Of a stretch of 64,000 nucleotides of DNA, positions 36,908 to 47,043 are shown one piece after another. Every line of letters starts with the position of its first letter. Within the stretch, counting starts at the first letter, position 1. Source of the stretch: an uncultured Methanosarcinaceae archaeon (GTDB taxonomy: Archaea > Halobacteriota > Methanosarcinia > Methanosarcinales > Methanosarcinaceae); the NCBI GenBank assembly GCA_963833425.1, contig CAWHXP010000011.1, forward strand, positions 80,671 to 144,670, in the 5' to 3' direction. A model generated the notes under the pieces. It made no database searches and was not told the DNA's origin. It saw only the letters and a list, made by a program, of their open reading frames with translations. Position numbers and translations under genes: made by a program.

Positions 36908-37009
36908 ACGGTCTTTAAAGTGATTGGAAGCTAGTAATGCCACCCTATAGCCAATTGAAAGTCCAGGACAGACATGTCCATGAAATTGTACAACAGTATT
37001 GAAATCCAA
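36425..37009 (-). CDS. FmdE/FwdE-family protein with C-terminal zinc ribbon
   Basis: [33 protein letters not shown] and CNKCGEGFME motifs. The final CxxC reads CIPY, so it may be decaying. Confidence 0.85.
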   Translation of the reverse strand: MDFNTVVQFHGHVCPGLSIGYRVALLASNHFKDRSKDEELVTIAENRSCAIDAIQVINGCTCGKGNLAFKDYGKHVYTYFKRGDKKAIRISLKPDVLSQDEKHVALFEKIRMDTASPEETKEFRALHKAKSQMILKMLEENLFWVSEVEIKPPEKAIIYPTLICNKCGEGFMEPMGRLRNGKVVCIPYFEAKDE

Positions 37010-37559
37010 ATTTAACTCCTAATTCAGTTGATATGCTTAATATCTATAATACTATTTGTCCATAATTATTTGGGATGGTAAGAGTATAGTTGGGCCGGAA
37101 TTTCCTACTGTAAGAGTACATAGGAATCTCCATTGAGGGAACTATCAAACTGTAAAGTACTTACTCGAAAATGTGATTATCATAAAACGCTTTTAAAGAT
37201 ACTTCACAGACCAGGCTATAACGAGGTATTAAGAGAAGCCAACGTAATCTGTTCAGTTTTTTTAGCGGCTATTGGGCCTGATTTTCGGAATGATTGGAAT
37301 TATCCTAGTTTTCTCTTACGTTTTTGAATGATAACTCGACTTTATAGTCATAACTTTCCTCTATTCATGAATAATCTACTGATTTTTTTTTCCCAGAGAA
37401 TCAATCATCAAGGTCTGTGGATTTTCTCAAGTAGAAACTAACTTTAATGTGATGACAGGTGCTCCAGGATGGGTAGTGGTTTGCCATAACGTCGAGAGAT
37501 TTTGTGACCTTTCTAGTATTCTTTTTGATTGCCAATGTTTTTCCTGTTTCTTATATCAG

Positions 37560-38050
37560 GATTGCGTTACTTAGCACCTAGGGATATTTCATAAATATTT
37601 TTAAGAGAATCCTGCTACTTTTTTTGATAGATTTCGTCACCATAGTTATAGCGGCGGACAACGTCAGACCTGCAAGATCCCAGAGTCGTGGGATATAGCA
37701 GTGTTAGCAAGAGTTGCAGTATTGCTGGGTCTGTTAAAGGTGCAGAATCTTTCGGGCTACTACTCTCTGGATGAGCCACCTGGGATCACCAGCAACACAG
37801 GCCTGCAGACATTTGTCTTTGACATGCTGAACTTCGGAGGTATGTTCAAGATACTTGTTGTGAGAGAGAAGGGTTATTTTGGGAGTCTATTCCCAGCAAA
37901 ACACTCATGACAGCTATTATGCTGACATGATCGTAACTTTTACAATATCGATCTTAAGGATCCCAGGCCTGATACTGATCGCTGCCGATTTTATACCTGA
38001 TGTTGAGATGTATTTTCCAGTTGCCTTAATTATTAATGACATTTTCAAGG
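37560..38050 (+). pseudogene. C-terminal fragment of a plasma-membrane-type P-type H+-ATPase
   Basis: Across frames: LIDFVTIVIAADNVRP..PESWDIAVLARVAVLLG..LQTFVFDMLNFGGMFKILVVREKGYFWESIPSKTLMTAI. Confidence 0.6.
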
Positions 38051-38106
38051 TCAAAATATTGAAATATTCCATTATCAATTAGTAACTTATTTATACTATA
38101 TCTCAT

Positions 38107-38655
38107 ATGTATAAGTTGATGGTAAATAGAGTTAAGCGCAGAGTATCCTGCTTCCCAAAGGCCACTTATTATAAACCAAGGGAAGTTCCGTTCTGTGATC
38201 TCGAAACTATCAACTTATCCATCGAAAAGCTTGAAGCTCTCCGTCTTTGTGATCTGCTCAATATCGAACAGAACGAGGCCGCTGAAATGATGGGCGTTTC
38301 CCGGAAAACCTTCTGGAATGACTTACAAAAAGCCAGAGAGAAAGTAGTTGATGCCCTCGTCAATGGCAAAGCAATCGAGATTACTGGTGGAGAGTACATA
38401 AATAGTGGTGAGTGCAAGATCGAGTTCATCTGCAAAGGATGTGAGCATGATTGGGAATCGAAATGCAAGGAGGGCCGCCCCACAATCTGTCCAAAGTGCG
38501 GTTCCGGCATTATTTATCGAATCGGCGGCGATGGAAAAGGAAAAAGATTTTTTAAGAACAATTATTGCTGTCCCAAAAACAAAGGGAAAACGGCGGTAAA
38601 TTCTAAAGCAGGAAGTATAAAAAATGACAAAAATTGCAATACCTTCGATGAATAA
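38107..38655 (+). CDS. DUF134 helix-turn-helix protein with C-terminal zinc ribbon
   Basis: LEALRLCDLLNIEQNEAAEMMGVSRKTFWNDLQKAREKVVDALVNGKAIEI, then CKGC...CPKCGS. Confidence 0.88.
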   Translation: MYKLMVNRVKRRVSCFPKATYYKPREVPFCDLETINLSIEKLEALRLCDLLNIEQNEAAEMMGVSRKTFWNDLQKAREKVVDALVNGKAIEITGGEYINSGECKIEFICKGCEHDWESKCKEGRPTICPKCGSGIIYRIGGDGKGKRFFKNNYCCPKNKGKTAVNSKAGSIKNDKNCNTFDE

Positions 38656-38998
38656 CGGTGGACTAGAGTCTGATGTATGTGCTCACTTTGGCTCATGCGA
38701 ATATTTTACTATTGTAGATATACAGGACCAAGCTATTACAGACATTGGGACAATAAACAATATGTCTCCTGATGGCGAGCACAACTGTACCGTCCCTTCG
38801 CTAATCCTGAAATCGCACAATGTAGAGGCTGTACTTGTCTCTGGTATCGGAGGAAGGCCATTATTATCCCTGGTAGATAATAAAATAAAGGTATTTGCTG
38901 GAGCAATGGGTAAGGTTTCTGATGCTCTTCAGGACTATAACAATGGTATGCTGCAAGAATTATCTACAAATGGTACTTGTAACTGCTCTCATCACTAG
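38624..38998 (+). CDS. NifB/NifX-family (dinitrogenase Fe-Mo cofactor binding) protein
   Basis: KIAIPS, VCAHFGSCEYFTIVD and VLVSGIGGRP motifs; C-terminal CNCSHH. Confidence 0.88.
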   Translation: MTKIAIPSMNNGGLESDVCAHFGSCEYFTIVDIQDQAITDIGTINNMSPDGEHNCTVPSLILKSHNVEAVLVSGIGGRPLLSLVDNKIKVFAGAMGKVSDALQDYNNGMLQELSTNGTCNCSHH

Positions 38999-39117
38999 AA
39001 TTAGATAATAAGTAATAATTTGTATGAATCATGATTGTTGGAAGTGCAAGGGTCTAGCGCTTAAAAGACCTCTGGAAAAAAAAGCTAAGGCAAGCCAAAT
39101 TGAGATATTTAATAGTA

Positions 39118-39236
39118 TTAGGACTACGAAGTTGAACTGAAAAATCAGTATCATTAAATCTTGACTGTCTATAATCCAAATTCAAACCACAGCGTTATAA
39201 TGTATCCAATTTTGTTGTTCAAGTGTGTAATCCTAA
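39118..39236. mobile_element. MITE-like repeat (TTAGGACTTACGCA-end family)
   Basis: TTAGGACTACGAAGTTGAACTGAAAAATCA ... CAAGTGTGTAATCCTAA. Confidence 0.7.
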
Positions 39237-39368
39237 CTTTATTGCATCAATAATTTAGTATCAAAATCTGTGCTCTATCACTATTACATATTGAAATGAT
39301 CCTTTTGTGTCAAGTTGAGTATGCTGGATTTAAATCCCAATAAAAATTTAAAAAGCGGAGTTAAAAGT

Positions 39369-40058
39369 ATGGATATACAAGAGATAAACAGCTATGGACA
39401 GGAACTAGTGGACTGTCTTAAACTCACAACATCTCCTGTTGCAGTCAAACTAATTCCGAGAGGAGAGGAAGTTCCCGAGGGCATCGAGAAGGTAGAAGAG
39501 GCTATGAGGCACTGCCAGCTTGTTGATAGAGTAAGAAGAACAGGTGAGGAGTTCTATACCCTTGGCGAAGATCAAATGTGCAAAGGTGGAGCTGGTGCAA
39601 TGGGCATAGGGGAAATGCCGGCAAAAGTAGCCAGTGGGGAATTTTACTACAAAGGACTCAAACAGTTCAGCACCCAGGGTGCAGCAATGCGGACAATTGA
39701 TATGGTTCCTAAGCTTCTTCCCAATTCAACAGAAGCTGTCTTATACTCTCCTCTGGAAAAAACCTCCTTTACTCCGGATGTTGTTGTGATCATTTGCAAC
39801 CCTAGACAAATTATGTTGCTTACACAAGCTTTTATGTACAAGAACGGTGGCAGGCTTGAAACCAGTTTCGCAGGAAAGCAGAGCTTATGTTCTGACGGCG
39901 TTGTGCAGGTGTATAAGGCAGGTAAAATAGGAGTAACGGTCGGTTGTAGTGGCAGTAGATCTTATACAAAAATCGCCGACGAAGAGATGATTATGGGGAT
40001 CCCTGTTGAACTTTTAGCTGATGTTGTTTCTGGCCTCAAGGAAATATGCCCTAAATGA
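39369..40058 (+). CDS. DUF169-family protein
   Basis: PVAVKL, RHCQ, CKGGAGAMG, PDVVVIICNPRQIMLL, QSLCSD and GCSGSR..IADEEMIMGIP motifs. ATG at 39369 follows the RBS GGAG. Confidence 0.85.
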   Translation: MDIQEINSYGQELVDCLKLTTSPVAVKLIPRGEEVPEGIEKVEEAMRHCQLVDRVRRTGEEFYTLGEDQMCKGGAGAMGIGEMPAKVASGEFYYKGLKQFSTQGAAMRTIDMVPKLLPNSTEAVLYSPLEKTSFTPDVVVIICNPRQIMLLTQAFMYKNGGRLETSFAGKQSLCSDGVVQVYKAGKIGVTVGCSGSRSYTKIADEEMIMGIPVELLADVVSGLKEICPK

Positions 40059-40366
40059 AATCTAAAACTTGAGTCTTTCCTTTACATACAGGATCTTTCA
40101 TATTCAAATTATTTCATATTATTTTTTATTTATCTTACAAAAATTCAAACTATATTACCTGAATATCTAATGATTGTTAAAAGAACGTCAGACTATTCTG
40201 TCAAATTAAGGTTCTTATGCAGTTATTACTCAAAAATATTGAGTTTGGTAGTTCTTTAAATATGTCACTACTCAAATATAATTCTTATAATGTTTGGCAT
40301 ATGCTTACTCAGGCAACAAATAGCCATCAGAATGTTATTGTAGCTCATAATTACGGAGGAAAAGTC

Positions 40367-41983
40367 TTGCCTGTATTCATTGAAATTAAGAATTTAACTG
40401 TGGATCTTAACGGTATCAAAGTGCTGAAAGACGTAAATTTAAGCATTAATGAAGGGGAAATTGTTGGAGTTCTAGGAAAAAGCGGATCAGGGAAAACAAT
40501 CCTAATGCATTTATTGCGTGGTACTGAGTCTTTTGAAAATATATCTGGTGAAGTTATTTATCATCTGGCTCGTTGCAATAATTGCAGATACATAGATTGT
40601 CCCAGCAAGACAGGCCAAAAATGTCCTTTCTGTGGAGAGTTGCTTGAAGCTTTTGAAGCTGATTTCATAAAACTTTCTCATTACGACCCAATAAGGAAAG
40701 ATATTACAAAAAGAATTGCAATCATGCTCCAGCGTACCTTTGCTCTTTATGGAGATGAAAGAGTTATTGTAAATGTTATAAATTCCTTGAATGAAATTGG
40801 GTACACTGGTCAAGACTCTGTGAGAAAAGCGGTTGAATTGCTTGAAGAAGTACACCTGAACCACCGTATGATGCATGTTGCACGAGAACTATCAGGTGGA
40901 GAAAAACAGAGGGTTGTACTTGCAAGACAACTTGTAAGAAATCCCTTGCTTCTGTTAGCTGACGAGCCTACAGGTACCCTTGATCCAATGACTGCTAAAT
41001 TGGTCCATGATGCTATGATTAGGGTAGTGAGAAATTATAATATGAGTATGATCCTTACATCTCACTGGCCTGAAATTATCGAGAATTTAGCTGATAAGGC
41101 GATTCTTCTTGAAAACGGAGAGGTAGTTCTGGAAGGTAATCCATTTGAAGTTTCTGCAGTCTTTATGAAGAACGCATGTATATTGAAGCAAGAAAAGAAC
41201 ACCTTGGTCGGGGAGTCTATAATGCAGGTAAGAGACCTTACTAAACGTTATATCTCTGTAGACCGTGGTGTAGTAAGAGCTGTGGATGGGATCTCTTTTG
41301 ATGTGAGAGAAGGAGAGATCTTCGGGCTAGTCGGTGTCAGTGGAGCAGGCAAGACAACCACTTCGAAGATTCTTATGGGAATTCTACCACCCACTTCAGG
41401 AGAAGTTGAGGTTCGCGTGGGAGACGAATGGGTTGATATGACAAAGTTGGGAGTCGAAAATAAAGGAAGGGCAACTAAATATATGGGGTTCCTGCATCAG
41501 GAATACGGCCTTTACACTCATAGCTCTGTAATAGATAACCTCACTGAATCCATTAGCCTTGATTTACCTTTCGAACTTGGTGTCAGAAAAGCTTTAATGA
41601 CTCTTAAGGCTGCAGGCTTTGAAGAGAATAAGGCAAAAGCTATTTTACCCAAAATGACTGATGAAATGAGTGAAGGGGAGCGGCATAGGATTGCACTTGC
41701 CCAGGTCCTTATAAAGGAGCCCAAAATCATCATCATGGATGAACCAACTGGGACAATGGATCCAATTACCAAAATATCGGTGACAACTTCCATTCTTAAA
41801 GCTAGAGAAGAGCTGGGGGAAACCTTCGTTATAGTTTCTCACGACATGGATTTTGTAAACGAGATATGTGACCGCGTCGCACTTATGCGCGACGGAAAAG
41901 TTGTAGACATTGGGAAACCTAAAAACATACTTTCCCAGCTCACTGACGAAGAAAGAATCAAAGCTGATTCGGTTAGGACTTAA
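40367..41983 (+). CDS. atwA: Methyl-coenzyme M reductase system component A2 (ABC-type ATPase)
   Basis: Two ABC domains (GKSGSGKT/LSGGEKQR and GVSGAGKT/SEGERHR), a CNNC..CPFCG zinc insert, and IAIMLQRTFALY and LTSHWPE motifs. TTG start after GGAGG. Confidence 0.92.
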   Translation: MPVFIEIKNLTVDLNGIKVLKDVNLSINEGEIVGVLGKSGSGKTILMHLLRGTESFENISGEVIYHLARCNNCRYIDCPSKTGQKCPFCGELLEAFEADFIKLSHYDPIRKDITKRIAIMLQRTFALYGDERVIVNVINSLNEIGYTGQDSVRKAVELLEEVHLNHRMMHVARELSGGEKQRVVLARQLVRNPLLLLADEPTGTLDPMTAKLVHDAMIRVVRNYNMSMILTSHWPEIIENLADKAILLENGEVVLEGNPFEVSAVFMKNACILKQEKNTLVGESIMQVRDLTKRYISVDRGVVRAVDGISFDVREGEIFGLVGVSGAGKTTTSKILMGILPPTSGEVEVRVGDEWVDMTKLGVENKGRATKYMGFLHQEYGLYTHSSVIDNLTESISLDLPFELGVRKALMTLKAAGFEENKAKAILPKMTDEMSEGERHRIALAQVLIKEPKIIIMDEPTGTMDPITKISVTTSILKAREELGETFVIVSHDMDFVNEICDRVALMRDGKVVDIGKPKNILSQLTDEERIKADSVRT

Positions 41984-42190
41984 ACTCTTGAAGAACAAAA
42001 TAAAGTACGTTCAAGTAAGTTATAAATATTTTAGTTTAAATTGTTTGGAATTAATCTTACTAGTGCATCGATTTTAAAATAGATGCATAATTTGTGAGAT
42101 AATTAATTTTTCTTGGAATGAATTAAACATTTAGCTTTTGATTTAGTTTGCAATCGATGTACTAATTCTTCGGTTCAACTGCATAATACA
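41973..42190. mobile_element. Degenerate TTAGGACT-family MITE containing a second nested IR element (42061-42164)
   Basis: Outer ends TTAGGACTTAAACTCTTGAAG ... GGTTCAACTGCATAATAC; inner IR TAGTGCATCGATT / AATCGATGTACTA. Confidence 0.55.
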
Positions 42191-42256
42191 AATACTGAGC
42201 CACTCTGAGCTTGTGAAGTAGTAGAAACGGAAAATGAGATATCTTTAAATTGTTTA

Positions 42257-42348
42257 TATCGGATTTCGATAAACCTCTGATTTTCACGAGCCAGTTACAT
42301 ACAATTATATGCATATGATAAAATTAAGAAGCTTATCGAAATTATCTA
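42257..42348. mobile_element. ~90-bp mini element with IS5-like ends
   Basis: GGATTTCGATAAAC ... GCTTATCGAAATTATCTA match the IRs of the IS at 23818-24955. Confidence 0.55.
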
Positions 42349-42378
42349 TAAAATCGAACTCATCAAGGAAGTGAAACA

Positions 42379-42708
42379 TTGGTAGAAAAAGTTGACATCG
42401 ATGAAAAGCTAAAAATTATGGCTGGGCAACTTCCAGAAGTGATGAATGCGTTTTCTGGACTCCATTCCGAAGTTGTTAAGGATGGAGCTCTCAGTTCCAG
42501 AATGAAAGAACTCATTATTGTGGGAATTGCAGTAGCACTTCACTGTGAATACTGTCTCTGGAAACACATTCCTGAAGCTGTAAAATTGGGAGCAACCCGT
42601 GGGGAAATTTTAGAGGCTGTGAGTACTGCTATATTAATGGCTGGTGGACCTGCCGTAGCTTATGGGTCGGTAGTTGTTCTTGAAATTTTAGATAAACTGG
42701 GCATTTAA
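42379..42708 (+). CDS. Carboxymuconolactone decarboxylase/AhpD-like protein with CxxC
   Basis: DGALSSRMKELIIVGIAVALHCEYCLWKH...GATRGEILEA. Confidence 0.9.
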   Translation: MVEKVDIDEKLKIMAGQLPEVMNAFSGLHSEVVKDGALSSRMKELIIVGIAVALHCEYCLWKHIPEAVKLGATRGEILEAVSTAILMAGGPAVAYGSVVVLEILDKLGI

Positions 42709-42727
42709 AAAAATAAGGTGATATAAA

Positions 42728-43135
42728 TTGACTGAAGGAACAACTAATCTCGTCAAATGCCATGTTTGCGGGGGTGAACTGGAAAGAGAAGATGTTATTG
42801 AGGAAGAAGGCGAGATTTTCTGTGAGGACTGTTACATAGAGAGCCATCATAAAATCCAGGCTTGTAATCCCTGGGCTGTCCGTTCAAAAAAAAAATTTAG
42901 GGAAGAAGCTGGGTTTGAAGGAACCGAAGGACTGACTGAGCTGCAAAAAGCCATTTATGAATTCATCGTCTCGAGTGGCGGAGTAAAAAAGGAAGAAATT
43001 GCAAAAAAATTTGAGATATCTTTATTAGAAACGGAAAATCAATTTGCTCTTCTGAGACATTGCGAACTGGTTAAAGGGCAAAAAAGGGCAGATGGTATAT
43101 ACATTGTACCTTTCGAAAATAAATATGTCCCATGA
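42728..43135 (+). CDS. Hypothetical protein with an N-terminal zinc finger and a C-terminal winged-helix-like region
   Basis: CHVCG..FCEDCY..ACNPWAV, then LTELQKAIYEFI...FALLRHCELVKG. Confidence 0.8.
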   Translation: MTEGTTNLVKCHVCGGELEREDVIEEEGEIFCEDCYIESHHKIQACNPWAVRSKKKFREEAGFEGTEGLTELQKAIYEFIVSSGGVKKEEIAKKFEISLLETENQFALLRHCELVKGQKRADGIYIVPFENKYVP

Positions 43136-43199
43136 GCGTCTTAAAAATTGTTTAAACATGACTGAAATATATTTCTAAAGCAGGAACAATAAACCTAAA

Positions 43200-43700
43200 A
43201 GGACTATAAAAATATTTGGAATAGCTCTAAGTAACTACTTTTTTTCAAGATGTTGTTTACACCTATTTTATTTTCTAAAAGCAGTGGTAGTATATCATTA
43301 ATTGTTGATGTCTTAATGATCAAATTTTCAGTTTAATAATGCTACATTTTTATTCATTGTAACAGGTCTGCCTTTGCATCACAGAAGGTGGAATAAAAAG
43401 GCTTGAAGGTGAATTCTGCCGTAAGCATTCCAGTTTTTATGAATTCCATTTTATTCTTGTTAAACCTTTTTGATGCTGAACAAACTACATCTGCCGTTTT
43501 TCATATCTCAACAAAAAAACCAGCTTTTCTGTAATGTTCTCCTTGATTAACTAAAAAATCTGTAATCAGCAAGTAAGTCTACGATCACCCTTACCATCCA
43601 ATCAGCAAGATTTGTTTTAAGGATAAGGTTCATGTGGGTAATTCAAGGCCTGGAGTGGTTCATAACATGCCAGCCTCTGCTCCAGGTAACTTCTTTGGTT
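43200..43700 (-). pseudogene. Degraded gene fragment, possibly a methyltransferase
   Basis: Coding-like fragments (VVCSASKRFNKNKMEF, AEFTFKPFYSTFCDAKADLL) separated by stops. Confidence 0.3.
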
Positions 43701-43850
43701 AGTGAAACCATGTGATAATGTATTTTGTATACACAATAATTCACATACCCAAATTCCATTTACATTCCAAAGGTAGCTAAAGCATAAATCCGTTAGTTAA
43801 TAAAGTTTCTAAGGAAAATTTCCATCCCCGCAAGAATCTACAAGGTCTTC
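43700..43850 (-). mobile_element. IS200 left-end remnant with the first codons of tnpA
   Basis: Sequence parallels 60290-60390 (GTAGCTAAA..GTTAGTTAATAA..GGAAAATTTCCATCCCC) and translates as MEFGYVNYCVYKIHYHMV. Confidence 0.7.
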
Positions 43851-44040
43851 AAATAAAATCAAACTTATCAGGAATCTTAAATTATATTTGATATTATTTT
43901 ATGTGCTAAATATCAATTATTTTACAAAAATAAATGAATGCTTCTATACAAACTATAATGCCTCTATATAAAACTATTATACATGATAATATTTGTACGT
44001 ACAATTTGTTGGGAAAAAGAAAAGGGGATATTTTAAAGTT

Positions 44041-44825
44041 ATGTTTTTTATTCAAAGCCCAATGAGTACAGAAGAAGAAAAAGAAGTATCTATTATAATT
44101 GAGCTATTTCAGAAGTTCTCGTCAAGTGGAGATGGATTTAGTGCTGCAGAGGCAAAAAAGAGGCTTCAAACATACGGGCGTAACAATATAGCAGAAAAGA
44201 AAACCAATCCTATTTTCAAATTTTTAAGCTATTTTTGGGGCCCCATTCCATGGATGATTGAGATTGAGTAGTCCTTTCTGCAATTTTGCATCGTTTGGAG
44301 GATTTTTCGATTATTCTTACACTTTTGATACTAAATGCCATAGTAGTTTTCTGGCAGGAATACAATAGCAGATAATGCTATTGAATTATTGAAGCAGAAG
44401 CTGGCCTTGAAGGCGCGGGTACGTCGGGATAACAAATGGATTGAAGTCTCTGCCAGTGAAATAGTACCTGGAGATTTAATTCGCTTTCTTTTGGGGAATA
44501 TCTTTCCTGCGGATATTAAACTCACAGACGGAGATTACCTGCTGGTAGATGAGTCCGCATTAACCGGAAAATCTCTCCCTGTAGAAAAACATATCTTTTA
44601 TATCGCATACTCCGGTTCCATTATTCGGCAAGGAGAAATGAATGCACTGGTAGTTGCCATTGGGATGAGCACTTTTTTTGGCAAAACTGCACGGCTTGTA
44701 GAGGAGGCAAAAACTCAGAGTCATTTTCAGAAGCTGTTATCAAGATAGGCAATTATCTGATAGCTTTTGCTCTCATACTTGTAATGCTTGTATTTATAGT
44801 AGTGTTTCGACGTCATGAAAGTCTT
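44041..44825 (+). pseudogene. N-terminal part of a plasma-membrane-type P-type H+-ATPase; frameshifted and truncated
   Basis: EAKKRLQTYGRN, FLSYFWGPIPWMIE, IVPGDLI, PADIKL, VDESALTGKSLPV and TFFGKTARLV motifs. Confidence 0.85.
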
Positions 44826-45559
44826 TTTTGTAAAATGAGTATATAAATACAAGACGGTTCTTCTACCCGCCCAAATCCTTATTTTTCATGCCTTAGTCTC
44901 AGAAACTCGTGATTTAGACGACATCCCTCAAGAAAGAGTGGTAACTATTCGGCTACCATAATTAATCTATTGATGTTTTTTGAGTTGTCATAAATGTGTC
45001 ATCATTAGCTAGTTCAAAACGAGATTCCATAACGAAAAGATTCTTTAGATCCCGTGTTTCCGATCAACAGTCAATCGTTTTGTATATGGGGCCCTAGCCG
45101 GTCTATCGAAAGCAGTGATACTGAGACGAAGAAATGGGAAGAAAATCTTTAACCGAGTTTCAATTCTAGTTCATAACATTTTTCTTTGTGGCTACATATG
45201 TTTTTTACTTTACAATGTATTTTTTTGGAATTGTATCGGAATCCGGAATAAAAATTTTTCTTATGAAATAATAATCGGATAAACAAACTATCTTCGGCTC
45301 TCTGTCTTCGGCTTTGTTTATTCTGTTTGGATATTGGAAGCATTCGGATTATTAGCTTTTTATGTGTGATACCAAATACACAGATACTTATAATATATTA
45401 AATATCAAATAATATTGATTGAGAATCCTTATTTAGAGAGGTTAAATTCTTTATTTTATGAGTAATTGCTTCCCTGCAGAACCCGAGAAAAAAGGAGTGA
45501 TTCCGGAAGCTACTTTTATCCATTATAGATCTAGATAACACAGAAATGGATGTATTTCG

Positions 45560-46159
45560 ATAAAATGAAGCAAAAACAAGAGAAACAGAACCTGAGCCTT
45601 GGAAAAAATGATATCAAGGTACAATTTGATTAAACTTCATAGCATAATGGACAAAGATTTTTAACTTATCAGAGGATTCAAAACAACCATTGCATCACTT
45701 TATTATTTCAGGTATATTTGTCAGAAAAATGAAGTGGTTTACAGAGACAGAGGATACTTTAGGGCAAAATCAAAAGTTGTGATGCGCCAATGAAAAGAGC
45801 AATAAAAGTATACCCTATGAGAATGAGTAGTATATTATAAAACAAGAGTATAAGCTCAAAAAGAGCTCAGGAAAAAAGATTATGCAGTAACTAAAAAGAT
45901 ATTCAAACCAGAATAAGTTTTTGTCACTACTGTTCAAAGAGTAACTCCAAAGATGTTGTGTACAGCTTTTTGTTATAATCTCCATCAATTGAGGACATTG
46001 AAAATAAAAAAAGTATATTGAAGATAGCGGAAGCTATCTTTAAAATCAAAGAATTGAGACTAAAGTAAAGCCAAAAAGAGGAATTAAATAGAGAAATTAG
46101 GGGAAGATCTGAGAAATTCCTGCTAAGAAATAAAATCCGAAGTTTGTCGAAATCCTCTA
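45560..46159 (+). mobile_element. IS5-family remnant (paralog of 23818-24955 in opposite orientation)
   Basis: The 3' region is the reverse complement of 23818-24300 and ends AGTTTGTCGAAATCCTCTA. Confidence 0.85.
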
Positions 46160-46349
46160 TAATTTTAGGTTCGATTGACTTTTTTGATAAACTTTCCAGT
46201 GGTTGAATTCGATCTTTTATTTTAATCGCCTTTTTAAAATTCCGTTTTTCCTGCTATGTACCATTTTAACGCAAAGTATCTTCATTAATGTCATAACTTT
46301 AATACTTGATATAGTTGCCACCCTGTATTTTTATTTCTTTCCCTGTTAT

Positions 46350-46560
46350 ATATATAGCTACTTCAATTCTGGTAGCTTCCAGATCTTCCCAGCAAGATTT
46401 CCTTAATATTCTAACCTTCTGGATGTATCCTTCATGTATCGTTCATTCGAAGTCCACAAACCTCAGGGCTTCAATATCTCCTATTTTGAGAGATCTTTTA
46501 TCAAATCTATGGGGAATAAGCAGCTATAGAGGTTCGAAGCAGGATAAAAAACTCTAATAT
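46350..46560 (-). pseudogene. DUF134-like remnant
   Basis: DIEALRFVDFE*TMHEG...RKSCWEDLEATRIEVA resembles the DUF134 HTH at 38107. Confidence 0.5.
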
Positions 46561-46607
46561 CCCTAAGACTATACAGATCCCTAATAAATAAATCAATTTG
46601 AAACCTC

Positions 46608-46886
46608 TTAATTTCTCTTATGTATTTCAAGCCAATCTATAACTTTAGGCCAGAGAGATAGTGAAATTATCATTGTAATTGCCAAAACAAAAATTGAGCC
46701 TGCAACTATATCTACTTGAGTATAAGCCGCTCTTCCCCTGATTACATTGGTTGAAATAGCTCCTAAAAGAAAGAAAATTACAAGCACTATTGACGTGACA
46801 ATGCTTGCTAAAAGCACTGATCTAGGCTTATTAACCTCGTATCTAGATTTTACCATAGATCTCACCTTCAATTTCTGGGATTTCAA
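46608..46886 (-). CDS. Small membrane protein with two TM helices
   Basis: Intact ORF with two hydrophobic segments; lies downstream of copA. Confidence 0.6.
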   Translation of the reverse strand: MKSQKLKVRSMVKSRYEVNKPRSVLLASIVTSIVLVIFFLLGAISTNVIRGRAAYTQVDIVAGSIFVLAITMIISLSLWPKVIDWLEIHKRN

Positions 46887-47043
46887 AATTCTTCAAACGT
46901 CATTTTAAACCTCTTCTCAGGGAAATAGACTTATACGTAGAGAAATTTTGTCAGCAATTATCTTCATACTTATTTTCCGTTTTTCCTTCAAATATATTCC
47001 AAACAAACTTTAGATGAATCAACTTTAAAACTATTTTCATAAT

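Noticed and set aside
40217..40366. 50-aa N-terminal extension of AtwA given by the ORF track
   Set aside because: The RBS GGAGG and the family N-terminus point to the TTG at 40367.
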